A stretch of DNA of 64,000 nt from Novakomyces olei. Lineage: Eukaryota. This document shows, one piece after another, positions 1-10,807 of the stretch. Under the pieces are notes generated by a model that was not told where the DNA came from, made no database searches, and was given only the letters and a program-made list of their open reading frames with translations. Position 1 is the stretch's first letter. Each line of letters starts with the position of its first letter. The stretch spans positions 1,178,001 through 1,242,000 of the forward strand of contig JADEYG010000009.1 of assembly GCA_016906335.1 (NCBI GenBank), in the 5' to 3' direction. The position numbers and the translations under genes were made by a program.

Positions 1-1615
1 GATAACCGACCATAGCATATTTTTCTCCCCTGACAATTAATTTGTTTGACCTGTCGGGCTTGGGTTTCGAATAAACATTTCAACCAAAAACTCTCAACTG
101 ATTCACTTGTGGTACTTTTCCGTAAACCATCTCGTAAGGAGTGCGTCCGTGAATTCGCGTTGGAACACGATTTTTCATGTAAACACTTGTGCGAACTGCT
201 TCAGGCCAAAGGCATTCTGGAAGATTACTGCCGATAAGAGCGGTTCTGGCCTTGTCTAAAATTGTTCTGTTTGCGCGTTCAGCAACACCGTTTTGCTGAG
301 GTGTATGCGGAACAGTTGTCTCAGCATTAATGCCTTTGTCTGTATAAAATTGTTTGAGCTCGTTATTGACAAATTCACCGCCATTGTCAGTTCGAATAAT
401 TTTTACTCGCTTGTTAAATTATGTTTCAATTAAATTGACAACCGTTTTCACGAGTTGACACACTTCGCTTTTATTTATTATTTAGAATAAAATATACGAA
501 CGTATAACCCGAGTAATTGTAGATAAGAGTCAAGAAATACCGCAATTTCTTTTGTGAACTCACGCGAACTTCACACACATCGCTGTGAATTCGTTCGAAT
601 AAACTTGTTGTGCGGTCCTGTCGTTTTTCAAATTGTAGACGCGTAAATTTTCCCTGTGCGCATTTGTGACATGAAAATGTCGCCGGAATTTTAAGGTCAT
701 TCAATTTTCCATTCGCACATCCGTTAATTAATTCTGATAAATAATTCAGGTTGACATGCATAAACCGATAATGCCATTGTTCAGCACTGTTTTCTGGTGT
801 TGTAATTAAGGCACTTTGATAATCATTATTTTTATTGTCTCTTACAACCGTGTAAAGACCTCGTTTAATTTTTCCAGTCGTAATAATACTTCCGTTTGCT
901 CTATCAATTATTTTAACTGAATCTTCGGCGGTAAAACAGACATAAATTTTTTCTCGACCTAGTTTTCTTATCGATAGCAAATTAAATTCAAGCTCAGGAA
1001 CCCACAGTGTTTCTTTCAAGTCAAGAACGATATTTGGCCCCAGTTGAATACTCACCGTTCCAAATGCTTTAGCAAGCGTTGTATCTCCAGCAGCGGTTTT
1101 TATATTAATGTTGCATGGATGCAGAGTACCTTTAAACATTGCTTTATTAAATGTCATGTGTGCTGTTGCTCCGCTGTCTAGTATCCATTCATTGGATTTA
1201 ATATTATCGATATTCATAAGAAGCGCACTAAAGTATGGTTGAACAATATTATTATTATTAAACTCCTTTTTGTTGCATGTTGCAACACGATGACTAGGCT
1301 TCCCACATCTGAGGCATTTATTCTGTTTTTTCCAGCACACGTCTTCCGTATGTCCAGATTTATTACAGAACTTGCAATTCATATTGGACGTCGCAACGTT
1401 TGCAGTTGTCTTAACACATTTTCGCGCAAATGACCGGACCCAAAATATTGCTTCTGCCAAACTCATCTTTATACATTTCTCTGGGGAACGTTGAGAGACA
1501 AAAGACTCGATTCCAGCACAATTCTCAATCGCATTAAAATATGCTGTGACAAAAAACTTTTCCAATTTTCCATAGTCGCGTGACATGGAATCAAACGTAA
1601 GGGGAAGTTGGTCGG
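1..1615 (-). pseudogene. Copia A gag-pol remnant (two CCHC knuckles, protease, GAG-pre-integrase, integrase core)
   Basis: CKFCNKSGHTEDVC, WILDSGATAHM, WHYRF.H, IHSDVC and RTDNGGEF motifs; frameshift near 470 and an in-frame stop near 421. Confidence 0.9.
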
Positions 1616-4600
1616 TGTTGAATCTATAATTTCGAACGTGTTAATTTGAAACGTGTTGTATTCAATTTCGTTGGCCAACATAGTTCTATCTAGATCTATT
1701 TATAGTCTTCTCAATGACAGTCACAATTACCAGGGTAAACTTCATTTTTTTTCTAAGTAATCAGCTGCTGCACAAGCTTGATATACTTTCCTATACTCCC
1801 TCTCAAGCTTGTAATGATTCAATTCTAGAGTCCCCTTTCACCAGTTTTTGTCGCAAATGTATAAAAATCTTTTTACACAAAGGCTTTGTTAAAATATCCG
1901 CAAGCTGTTCTTTTGTAGATATATAATCAACAATTACTGTGCCGTTTTCCGTTAAATTGCGCAAAACATATATCGTACATCAAGGTGCTTTAGTCGTCTC
2001 ATTGGGCTTGTTTTATGCGCAATACAAATTGCGCTTTTGTTGTCGGAGCAAACACGAATTGGAGACTCAATTTTTAAAAGCTCCTTGGCCAGGTTGTAGA
2101 GACCTAATGTATGCACAATCGCCGTACAAGCACTTATATATTCAGCCTCGCATGTCGATAACGCAACAACTTTTTGTTTTGTTGACATCCAATGAATTAA
2201 TGAATTACCCAGAAACAATGCCATTCCCGAAGTGGATTTCCTTTCGTCTCTATCACTTGCGTAGTCGGCATCGCAATAAACTTTCATGACTGGTTCAACC
2301 GAATTGCTTTGATATTCCAGTCCCTTGTCTTTTGTATCCCTTAAATAAGCCGTGATACATTGAACCAGTTCGAGACATTCATCTGTAGGCTTTTCTTGAT
2401 ATCTTGCTGCGTGGGATACAGCGAAGGATATATCTGGCCGAGTGCATCTGCTTATCCAAAGTAGCATGCCAATCCATTTGCGGTACTTTTCATTGTTTAT
2501 AGGTTTCCCATTCAATTCCACGTAATTCCTTATGGGAATTCGTTTTTTAGGCAAGTCGTAGCAATCGAATTCTTTAATTATTTTTGTAATTGCTGCCTTC
2601 TGACTTATTTTCAAATTTCCAATTTTCTGATCATAACAAAATTCCATCCCAAGAAATTGATGAATCTTACCCAAATCTTTGACCTTAAATGCTCTTTGTA
2701 ATTTTTCCTTTGTTCGTTTCATTTCATTTAAATTCTCGCCCATAATAATAATGTCATCAACATAAATAAGCAAAAATAAATTACCTTGGGAGCTGTATAG
2801 TATACAGTCTTCGACCTTCGATTCCAAAATCCAATTTCCATTAACACTGTAAAAAGCTTTTTGTACCAACATCTAGGGGCCTGTTTTAAACCGTAGAGCG
2901 ATCTTTTCAATTTGCATACTTTTCCTGTTCCGTCGTCGAATCCTTCTGGTTGTTTCATATAAACGCATTCTTCTAATTCGCCGTTTAAGAATGCAGTTGT
3001 AACATCCATCTGATGAATATTCCATTTTTGCATTGCTCCATAAGCCAGTAAAGTGCGAAATGATTCTAAGGACATGGTCGGGGCGTATGTCGCTTGATAA
3101 TCTACTCCCTCACGCTGACCAAATCCCTTTGCAACCAATCGTGCTCGGTAACGTCCAACTTCCCCATCAACATTTGCTTTAGCTTTAAAGACCCATCGAT
3201 TTCCAATGACATTAGCTCCCTCTGGCGCGTTCACTAGTACCCAAGCGTCATTTTCTTTCATTGCGTCCAATTCTGTCTTCATCGCTAATTCCCATTCTGA
3301 TGCTTGCACGCTTTCTCTAGCTTGTTTCGTATTGGTAGGCTCAATTATACTGTCAATACTAATATGCGCATGATCGTATGGTCCTGGCAAACTACGTATT
3401 CGGGTTGAGCGTCTTTTACCATCGTCGGTCCATTTAGTTCCAAGCTCCTCCGTTTGCAATTCGGATAATTCAGAATTGTCATTAATTTTTGGACTCATAT
3501 TTTCTAGAGTATCTTCAAAACTTTGTTCCGATGCGTCCGAATAATTTTCAATTTGCTCGTCAATTTGCTCGTCATTTTGCTCGTCATTTTCCTCGTTATT
3601 TTCCTCGTTATTTTCAATTTGTATACCCTGCTGAAATTCAGACACATTTGACTGTTGCAAATTATTGACAGTAGAAATATCATTTCCAAGTGCTGGAATA
3701 AATGTTGTATTTTCAGAGCTGTTGATGGATTTATTTTCCACAGTTTCATAAAATTCTATTTCTTTAAATATTACATCCCTTGAAACAACAATTTTGTTCC
3801 TTGACATATTCCAAAGTCGATATGCTTTAGCATTGGATTGATACCCTACAAAGATATGGGGTTCACTTCTAGCATCCAATTTTCTTATATCGTTATGTTT
3901 GTTCAGGACATATGCAATGCATCCAAACACTCTCAAATGATCTAATAACGGAGGCTTTCCAAATATCATCTCATATGGTGTTTTATTAATTATTCTGCTT
4001 GGGCTCCGATTTTTCAAATACACACAGGCATTGACCGCCTCATCCCATAGCTTTTGTGGAGTCTTCCTTTGAATCATTGTAGACCTGACCCTGTCAAGAA
4101 TTGTTCTATTCGCCCTTTCTGCAACTCCATTTTGCTGCGGCGTATAAGGTGCGGATTTTTCATGAACAATGCCATTTTCGTTTGTAAACTTTTCGAAAGA
4201 TTTATTAATATACTCGCCTCCATTGTCACTCCGAAATCTTTTGACCTTAATTCCAAATTGCGTATAAATCATTTTGATCAAGTTCTGAAAACAATCATTC
4301 ACTTCGAATTTATTATTGATTGTGTTGACAAAAGTGTACCCACTGTTATCATCAATAAAAGTGATAAAATAACGATGACCAAGCGCTGATACTGGAAACG
4401 GCCCACAAACATCACTGTGCAATAATTCAAATTTGTCGGTTGCTCTCATTCGTCCTTCTGGGAATGGCTGGCGCGCCATTTTTCCTTCAATGCAATTTTC
4501 ACAACCAACATTTAAGTTGCTTCTATTAACTTCGTGTTGTATTTTCCCAGCACCAAGTCCTTTGGCGAGTTCAACCATATATCTCTCGTTTAAGTGCATT

Positions 4601-6096
4601 AATCGTTCATGCCAAAGATTTTGTCTGTCCTTTTTTGTAGCATATAGTGCAAGCATTTTTTTTTTAGGGGCATGGTCAACAATTTTTGTATCAACAGGAT
4701 ACAAATTATTTTCTTTATCAAAGTCTCCAAGCTTTCTTCCAGTTGTGTCATAAAGTACAGCTTTGCCTTTTGTGAAATAAACCGATATATGCTCATTATC
4801 GAGTGCGCCAAGTGAGATTAAATTGAAACCAAGCGATGGTACCCACAAGACATTTTTCAATAAAACTTGGTTATCCTCAGACAAATTTAAACTTATATTT
4901 CCGTATCCCAATGCTCTTAATTTTTCTTTTCCCGCAGCAAGTACAAAATGATGTTCATCACTATTATAACGTTTTAGATTGGTGAAGGCCAATTCATTGT
5001 CCGTCATGTGCTGCGATGCTCCACAGTCAAGAATCCATTTTGTGCTGATACTTTTGGAAATACTTGAAGACTTTATAAATGCCACACGATAGTAATGTTC
5101 AGACAATTTATTACTATCAGTTCTTCTCAAATTTTTGTCACAGTCCGCTCTGAAATGACCTTTCTCACCACAAATAAAACAGCTGCGATTTTTGAATCTG
5201 CAGTTAGTTTCGGTATGACCCTTTTTCTTGCAATATTTGCATATCGCAACACGAGAGGCTGCCAACGCCATTTCCGAGCTTAAGTTATCTCCATTATCTC
5301 CTAGCATTGCTTCAAGTACAATTTCTTGTACTTCTTTGAGATTAATATTCTTCGAACGCTCCCAGATACGTATCTCACTTTTGAGCGACTCGCAACCTTT
5401 TATCATATTTAGGTATATTTGACAAACTTCTTCAGCATGTAGGTCCTTTCGCAACTCGCGTAAACTCAGGATGAGACAGTTAAATCGTGTATTCAGTTCC
5501 GCAATTTGTCCCAAACCTTGTGTATGCAGTCCATACAGTTCGCCCGTAACTTGAACGATTAAGCGGTATCTTCTATCCAAGAAGACGGCATCAATGCTGG
5601 AGAGCAGTGATTTCGGTGTCAATGCCTTTTGACAAACATCGTCAAGGACTGGAACCGAAATTACCTCCTTAAGAGTAAGGAGAAGCATAGCCGACGTAGA
5701 TTTGTAGCCGATATCGTCGGTAAAATTCCCTTCAACTGAGGCATTTGGCATCACGTGTGCCAGTCCGTAAGTCTCAAGAATTCCGCCCAATTTCGATTTC
5801 CACTGAGGATACTCGATCAAGTTAGTTAACCTTGGAATAACCAGGAACGGCAAATCTCCATTTCCATGAGGTTTGAAAACCACTCCCGTGCTGCTCATGT
5901 TTTAGACTCTTAATCTGTTGAATCTATAATTTCGAACGTGTTAATTTGAAACGTGTTGTATTCAATTTCGTTGGCCAACATGGTTCTATCTAGATCTATT
6001 TTTAGTCTTCTCAATGACAGTCACAATTACCAGGGTAAACTTCATTTTTTTTTCTAAGTAATCAGCTGCAGCACAAGCTTGATATACTTTCCTATA
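1616..6096 (-). mobile_element. Full-length Ty1/Copia element B (~4.5 kb, ~180-bp LTRs) inserted in the gag of A
   Basis: Near-identical LTRs at 1616-1795 and 5916-6096; TSD GTCGG at 1611-1615 and 6097-6101; PPT 1796-1806; PBS GATTAAGAGTC at 5905-5915. Confidence 0.97.
1803..5898 (-). CDS. Copia B gag-pol polyprotein (Gag, PR, IN, RT, RNase H) with two 1-bp frameshifts (~2827 and ~1964)
   Basis: ORFs 2728-5898 and 1952-2872; WILDCGASQH, HSDVCGP, RSDNGGEY, QMDVTTAFLNG, YVDD, YCDADYA; ADILTK lies in the shifted frame. Confidence 0.93.
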
Positions 6097-6444
6097 GTCG
6101 GAACTTAGCATTTTTGTGTGAAACGACATAAAGCAATTGGCCAAATTTGTAAAGTTATTGTTGAAAGTGGTGATGTTTTTGGGATCTTCCAGCTTTAATG
6201 AGGCTAACTCGGCCGCTGTTTGAAAGACATAAGATGCAATATCTTTCTCAATAACCACTTCGATCTCCCGGAGAAGCTCTGTAGGACTGCGATATGCGCT
6301 ATTGACGTAAGGCAAGTATTCCTCCGTGGCGTTCCAAAGTTCGTCTTGCAGGATGACAAGAAATACTTTCGTTTCTTCGTTACCGGCGATTTCGAGGTTT
6401 TCGGGCTTTTCTTTGAATGGCACAACTTTCGACAAATGCCAACG

Positions 6445-7076
6445 TGTAAGACGGTCCTTACAACTACAACCGCTGGAGGCCGGTCGTGTATAGTCTAAAT
6501 AGAAGTAAAGGAATTACAGAAACCAAGGGAACAGAAAGCGATTATTGTAAGGCTTACCAGGAGTAATATAATATATTACTCCCACTTTGAGATAATCAAC
6601 CCGTGAAGGGCGAGAGGCCTTCACGGGCAACTATAAACTAAACTAAGTTGCGGAGGAGCGGATGCTCCTTCGCATTCTAAACTACTCTTCCCAAGCTAAC
6701 TTATGCGAAGGTCGCACAAGTTAGAGAGGGAAGCTCTCAGCCTAAACTAGTCTATGGAAATAACTATGAATGTTCTCGCGCTAGCAGAGTGCGAAGGGTC
6801 GCACTCGCTAGCGTGCGAGAATGAGAACGGGAAGCGAGGTCCGTGCACATTGTGCATGGAGCCCCTCGCTCCCGTGGGCCAAGCTGGCTTAGTGCGCGTA
6901 CCTACATGCGCACTAAGACAACTTCTACGTCCCAAGACCATCGCGTTACGCGCCGACTGGTCTTGGGCCGCGTTGGCGAAGCTTGCGACGCGCGGACATC
7001 CCAAGTCCGACTACAGGCGTCGCCCCTCGCTTCCCAACCCGGTTGTCAGGAACTCGCCAAGGCGAGGATCATGACA
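6445..7076 (-). mobile_element. Solo LTR of Gypsy family G1 inserted in Copia A gag
   Basis: TG...CA ends, TSD CAACG, near reverse complement of the LTRs at 42071 and 48069. Confidence 0.95.
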
Positions 7077-7479
7077 CAACGGTTTAAAAGGCGGTACAAT
7101 TCTTCACTCCAAGATGGATAGTAAATCAACCCTTCGAGCTGGGGAATTTTGATTATTGGTTGCTCTCTGGAGTTAATGACTTTCATTTTGTTCTCCGCCG
7201 GATTTTCAACTTGTTCCATTTCAGACTCTTAATCTGTAGTTGTGAGCAATTTATGATTATTACTATTGTTAATTAATTTGTTGTTTGACTATTTATTAAT
7301 AGACGTTTCCCCCACTGTGGCTTAGATGTATTTATCAGAGTAGTTTGAGAATGTGCCAAGTGTAGAAATTTAATTTGGCTTGTTGTAGAGAATAGTGTTG
7401 TATCTCCTTTTAGCTACTTTTGTAAGTCTACTGACGCTGTACTATATAGTTTTTTTGTTTTTTGGTTCCAGCCACCGAG

Positions 7480-9179
7480 TTACACTTTGGTAGCGCAAGC
7501 CTCTTTGTACTCAGTTCCAGCCACTCCAGCCACTCCAGCCACTCCAGCCACTCCAGCCACTCCAGCCACTCCAGCCACTCCAGCCACTCCAGCCACTCCA
7601 GCCACTCCAGCCACTCCAGCCACTCCAGCCACTCCAGCCACTCCAGCCATTCCAGCCACTCCAGCCACTCCAGCCTTTCCTCCTCTTTTCTGTAGCCAGC
7701 CTTCCTGTTCTTTTTCTGTGACGTCCAAGCTTGACATATTCCTATACTCCCTCTCAAGCTTGTTGTCGTCACTTTCACGTGTTTCGCCTTTAAGTATCTT
7801 TTGTTGTAGGTAGTTAAATATTTTTTTGCACAAGGGCTTTGTAAGTATATCCGCCACTTGTTCTTTTGTGGAAATATAGTCCATAATAGTTCTGCCCTTC
7901 TCAGTAAGGTCCCGTAAAAACATGAAGCGCACATCCAGGTGCTTTAAGCGTCTCATAGGGCTCGCTTTGTGTGATACGTAAATTGCGCTGTTATTGTCCG
8001 AGCACACTCTTAGGGGGTGGTCCAGATTAAGTATTTCTTTGACCAGATTTTTTATTCCCAGTCCCGTTACAATTGCAGAGCACGCACTGACATATTCTGC
8101 TTCGCATGTTGATAATGCAATAATTTTTTGTTTTGAGGAACTCCAGTGAATTAGCGATGTTCCTAAAAACATTGCCATTCCTGATGTGGAGTGTCTGTCA
8201 GATGCTTCGCTAGCGTAATCGGCGTCACAGTAAATCGTAAGGGTGCAAGGGACAGTGTTGCTTTGGTATTCGATTCCAAGTTCCTTCGTGTCTCTTAAGT
8301 AAGTTGTAATTTGTTTAATTAGTTCCAGACATTCGGTAGTTGGGTTTTCTTGAAATCTTGCAGCGTGGGATACGGCAAATGCTATGTCTGGTCTTGTGCA
8401 TCTGCTTATCCATAGTAGCATTCCAACGCATTTTCGGTATTCCGTCTGCTCAATCGGTTTTCCATTTAACACAACGTAATTTTTAATTGGCGTCTTTTTT
8501 CTTGGTGTATCTTGACAGTTAATTTCTTTTACTGCCTTTGAAATGGCAGCTTTTTGGGTAATTTTCATGTTGCCGATTTTTCTGTCATAACTGAATTCCA
8601 TACCAAGGAATTGGTGAATTTGTCCAAGGTCTTTAATTTTAAAAGCCTGCCCGAGTTTTGTTTTCGTGTTATCGATTTCGTACATTTCTTCACCAATAAT
8701 AATTATATCGTCAACATAAATTAACAAAAACAAATTTCGTTTTGCATTGTGTAAAATGCAGTTTTCTGTTGTGGATTCCAAAAATCCTAAAGCTGATAAT
8801 GTTGCAAATAATTTTTTGTACCAGCATCTCGGGGCCTGCTTTAGTCCATAAAGTGACCGTAGTAGTTTGCAGGCTCTTCCGGTTCCATCATCAAAGCCTT
8901 CGGGCTGTCTCATAAAGACACATTCTTCCAGGTCTCCATTTAGAAACGCCGTTGTTACGTCCATTTGATGGATATGCCATTTCTTTGAAACGGCAAAGGC
9001 AAGAAGTGTGCGTAGTGATTCAAGGGCCATAGTTGGTGCGTAAGTTGCCTGATAATCAATACCCTCGCGTTGCGAAAATCCCTTTGCAACCAGCCTTGCT
9101 CTATATCGTTCAACTTCTCCTTGATTATTGGCTTTCGCTTGAAAAACCCACCGGTTTCCAATTATATTAGCTCCCTCTG
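7480..9179 (-). CDS. Copia C RT/RNase H (3' half of the interrupted pol), reading through into the 3' LTR
   Basis: HQMDVTTAFLNG, YGLKQAPR, YVDD, YCDADYA, ADILTK, then an (AGV)n tail encoded by the LTR. Confidence 0.92.
7516..7677. repeat. 9-bp tandem repeat (TCCAGCCAC) x~18 inside the Copia C 3' LTR
   Basis: Read directly; only 4 units in the 5' LTR (25231-25266). Confidence 0.97.
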
Positions 9180-9579
9180 TGTTATGGTTGTAGAAGGCGA
9201 AAGCCTAAAGGAGAACCCAATTGCCGGATTTCACGCCGGCTCTGGGACTATGAGAAAATTAAGAGATAGAACTGGGTTTAAAAGATTGGGTCTCCCCAAA
9301 GTTCGATTACACGTAGCGAGGAAAGTAGAAGCAGGACCTCTATTTATATCCTCGCTACGTAGAATATTCTAGAAACACTAACTACTTAAACGATTAAACA
9401 AACTAACAAGTAAAAGCAGTCAGAACAATAATAGTCAATAAATAATAAATAATAAGTAAATATTTAAATAAATATTCAATATTAAATAAAGACAACAAAC
9501 AAATAATAATATAGCGCTTCAATAGCGTCGGTGCTATCGAAGACGCAATAACAATATAGAAATAAATTAAATCGTAACA

Positions 9580-10617
9580 CTACTCTCCCCTCCCGAGGCG
9601 TAACACCTGTAAGCCCGAATAAATAAACTTCTTTTTCGCGTTGTAATAAGCAGGAAGAGTGGCTCGGTAAACTTCAATTGCTTCCTGGTGCTCGTTCTCA
9701 ACTTGAAGTTCCAAATCCGTTCCTTTTGCACTCTCAGCATCCCACATGGCTAGACGCTTGAGACGCGAATGGGTGTATGCAAACGAGTACCCAGTGATAA
9801 TAGAGTTCTCGAGGGTCATTACCGCATGTAACGTCCCCGGTTCCATTGTCATTGCTTTCCCGGCTGTCAAGAATGTTAACTTGAGGCCGCACAGAGAGCG
9901 AATCGCTAGTGGTAAGAATAGATCCCCGTGGCGACGGTGTCTGGGTCCAAACAGACGTAAGTTCTCATCCGTCGGGGGCCAGGTAAAAACAAGTTTCTTG
10001 CCAGAGAGACACATAATTGTGTTGGCCAAGAGAATGTTGTCGGCATGAACATCGGTTATAAGAGGCGCTGGCGATGCAGCAGACAGCCAAAGAGAAGCTA
10101 GATTCTGATGCTGTTTTAAAGGCGTGAGCAGCCTCATCGTATCCCCACTCGGGACAATGTTGTACGCCGCAACTCCATCGGTCTTTGATGTAAAGAATTG
10201 TAGTACAAAGTTAGACACATGGACTTCGTTGTCCAATTCGCGAACGTTCGTCTTTGCAAAGCTGCACGAGCTTCCGTGTAGAAGATCTTTGATAACGTTT
10301 TCGGCAAACTTTTCGTTATCATGCGTCTCTGGTTGGCATATCTGTGGCTTCTTTTGGGTAGCCCTTTGCAGTATCGAGATGCCCAAGTCGTAGTTTGTGG
10401 CATTTTCTGCATTCTTTTTCCATAACTGTAAACTTTCTTTTAGCACCTTGTTGTGCGTGTGCTCATGTCTCGAAAGTTCGCTGGCGCGATAAAATCGTGC
10501 GTCGCAAAGATCGCAGGGGATCGGTCCCATGCCTTTGCGTCGTCGCTTACCTCCCCCCTGAACTGGTGAGGTCTCCGAGGCGTCAAAATATTGTGTTGGG
10601 GACGAGGCGTTTGACAT
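9580..10617 (-). CDS. C2H2 zinc finger + JmjC-domain protein (putative Fe(II)/2-oxoglutarate histone demethylase), cargo of element D
   Basis: KRRRK NLS-like patch; CDLC-x12-HEHTH finger; JmjC signature TDVHAD...SGKKLVFTWPPTDEN...EPGTLHAVMTLENSIITGYSF; intact 345 aa. Confidence 0.85.
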   Translation of the reverse strand: MSNASSPTQYFDASETSPVQGGGKRRRKGMGPIPCDLCDARFYRASELSRHEHTHNKVLKESLQLWKKNAENATNYDLGISILQRATQKKPQICQPETHDNEKFAENVIKDLLHGSSCSFAKTNVRELDNEVHVSNFVLQFFTSKTDGVAAYNIVPSGDTMRLLTPLKQHQNLASLWLSAASPAPLITDVHADNILLANTIMCLSGKKLVFTWPPTDENLRLFGPRHRRHGDLFLPLAIRSLCGLKLTFLTAGKAMTMEPGTLHAVMTLENSIITGYSFAYTHSRLKRLAMWDAESAKGTDLELQVENEHQEAIEVYRATLPAYYNAKKKFIYSGLQVLRLGRGE

Positions 10618-10760
10618 TGCGGCTGTGCTTCGTTTCCGCTAAGAGTGAAATAATTTTCCTCGTCCTTAAATAAAAATAAATTATTGGTAAGTAATCCAAT
10701 ATATAAGTAACCGACAATAATAATATTGCAGGTAATAATCAAAATAAAATATCAATGCTG

Positions 10761-10773
10761 ACTTTATATATAG
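10761..10773 (-). promoter_or_regulatory. TATA box (TATATATAAAG) upstream of the zinc finger-JmjC ORF
   Basis: Lies ~145 bp upstream of ATG 10617, just after the pol stop. Confidence 0.5.
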
Positions 10774-10807
10774 CGTCAGTGTTAGCACGCACGCTAACTC
10801 AAGTAAT

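Noticed and set aside
6747-7121. Recurrent small ORFs (also at 42029-42400, 47901-48398, 14805, 21003, 22015)
   Set aside because: They lie inside LTRs and recur only because the LTRs are repeated; no domain signal.
7428-7934. ORFs with (WLE)n, (HSS)n and (PAT)n repeats
   Set aside because: Alternative-frame translations of the 9-bp LTR repeat.
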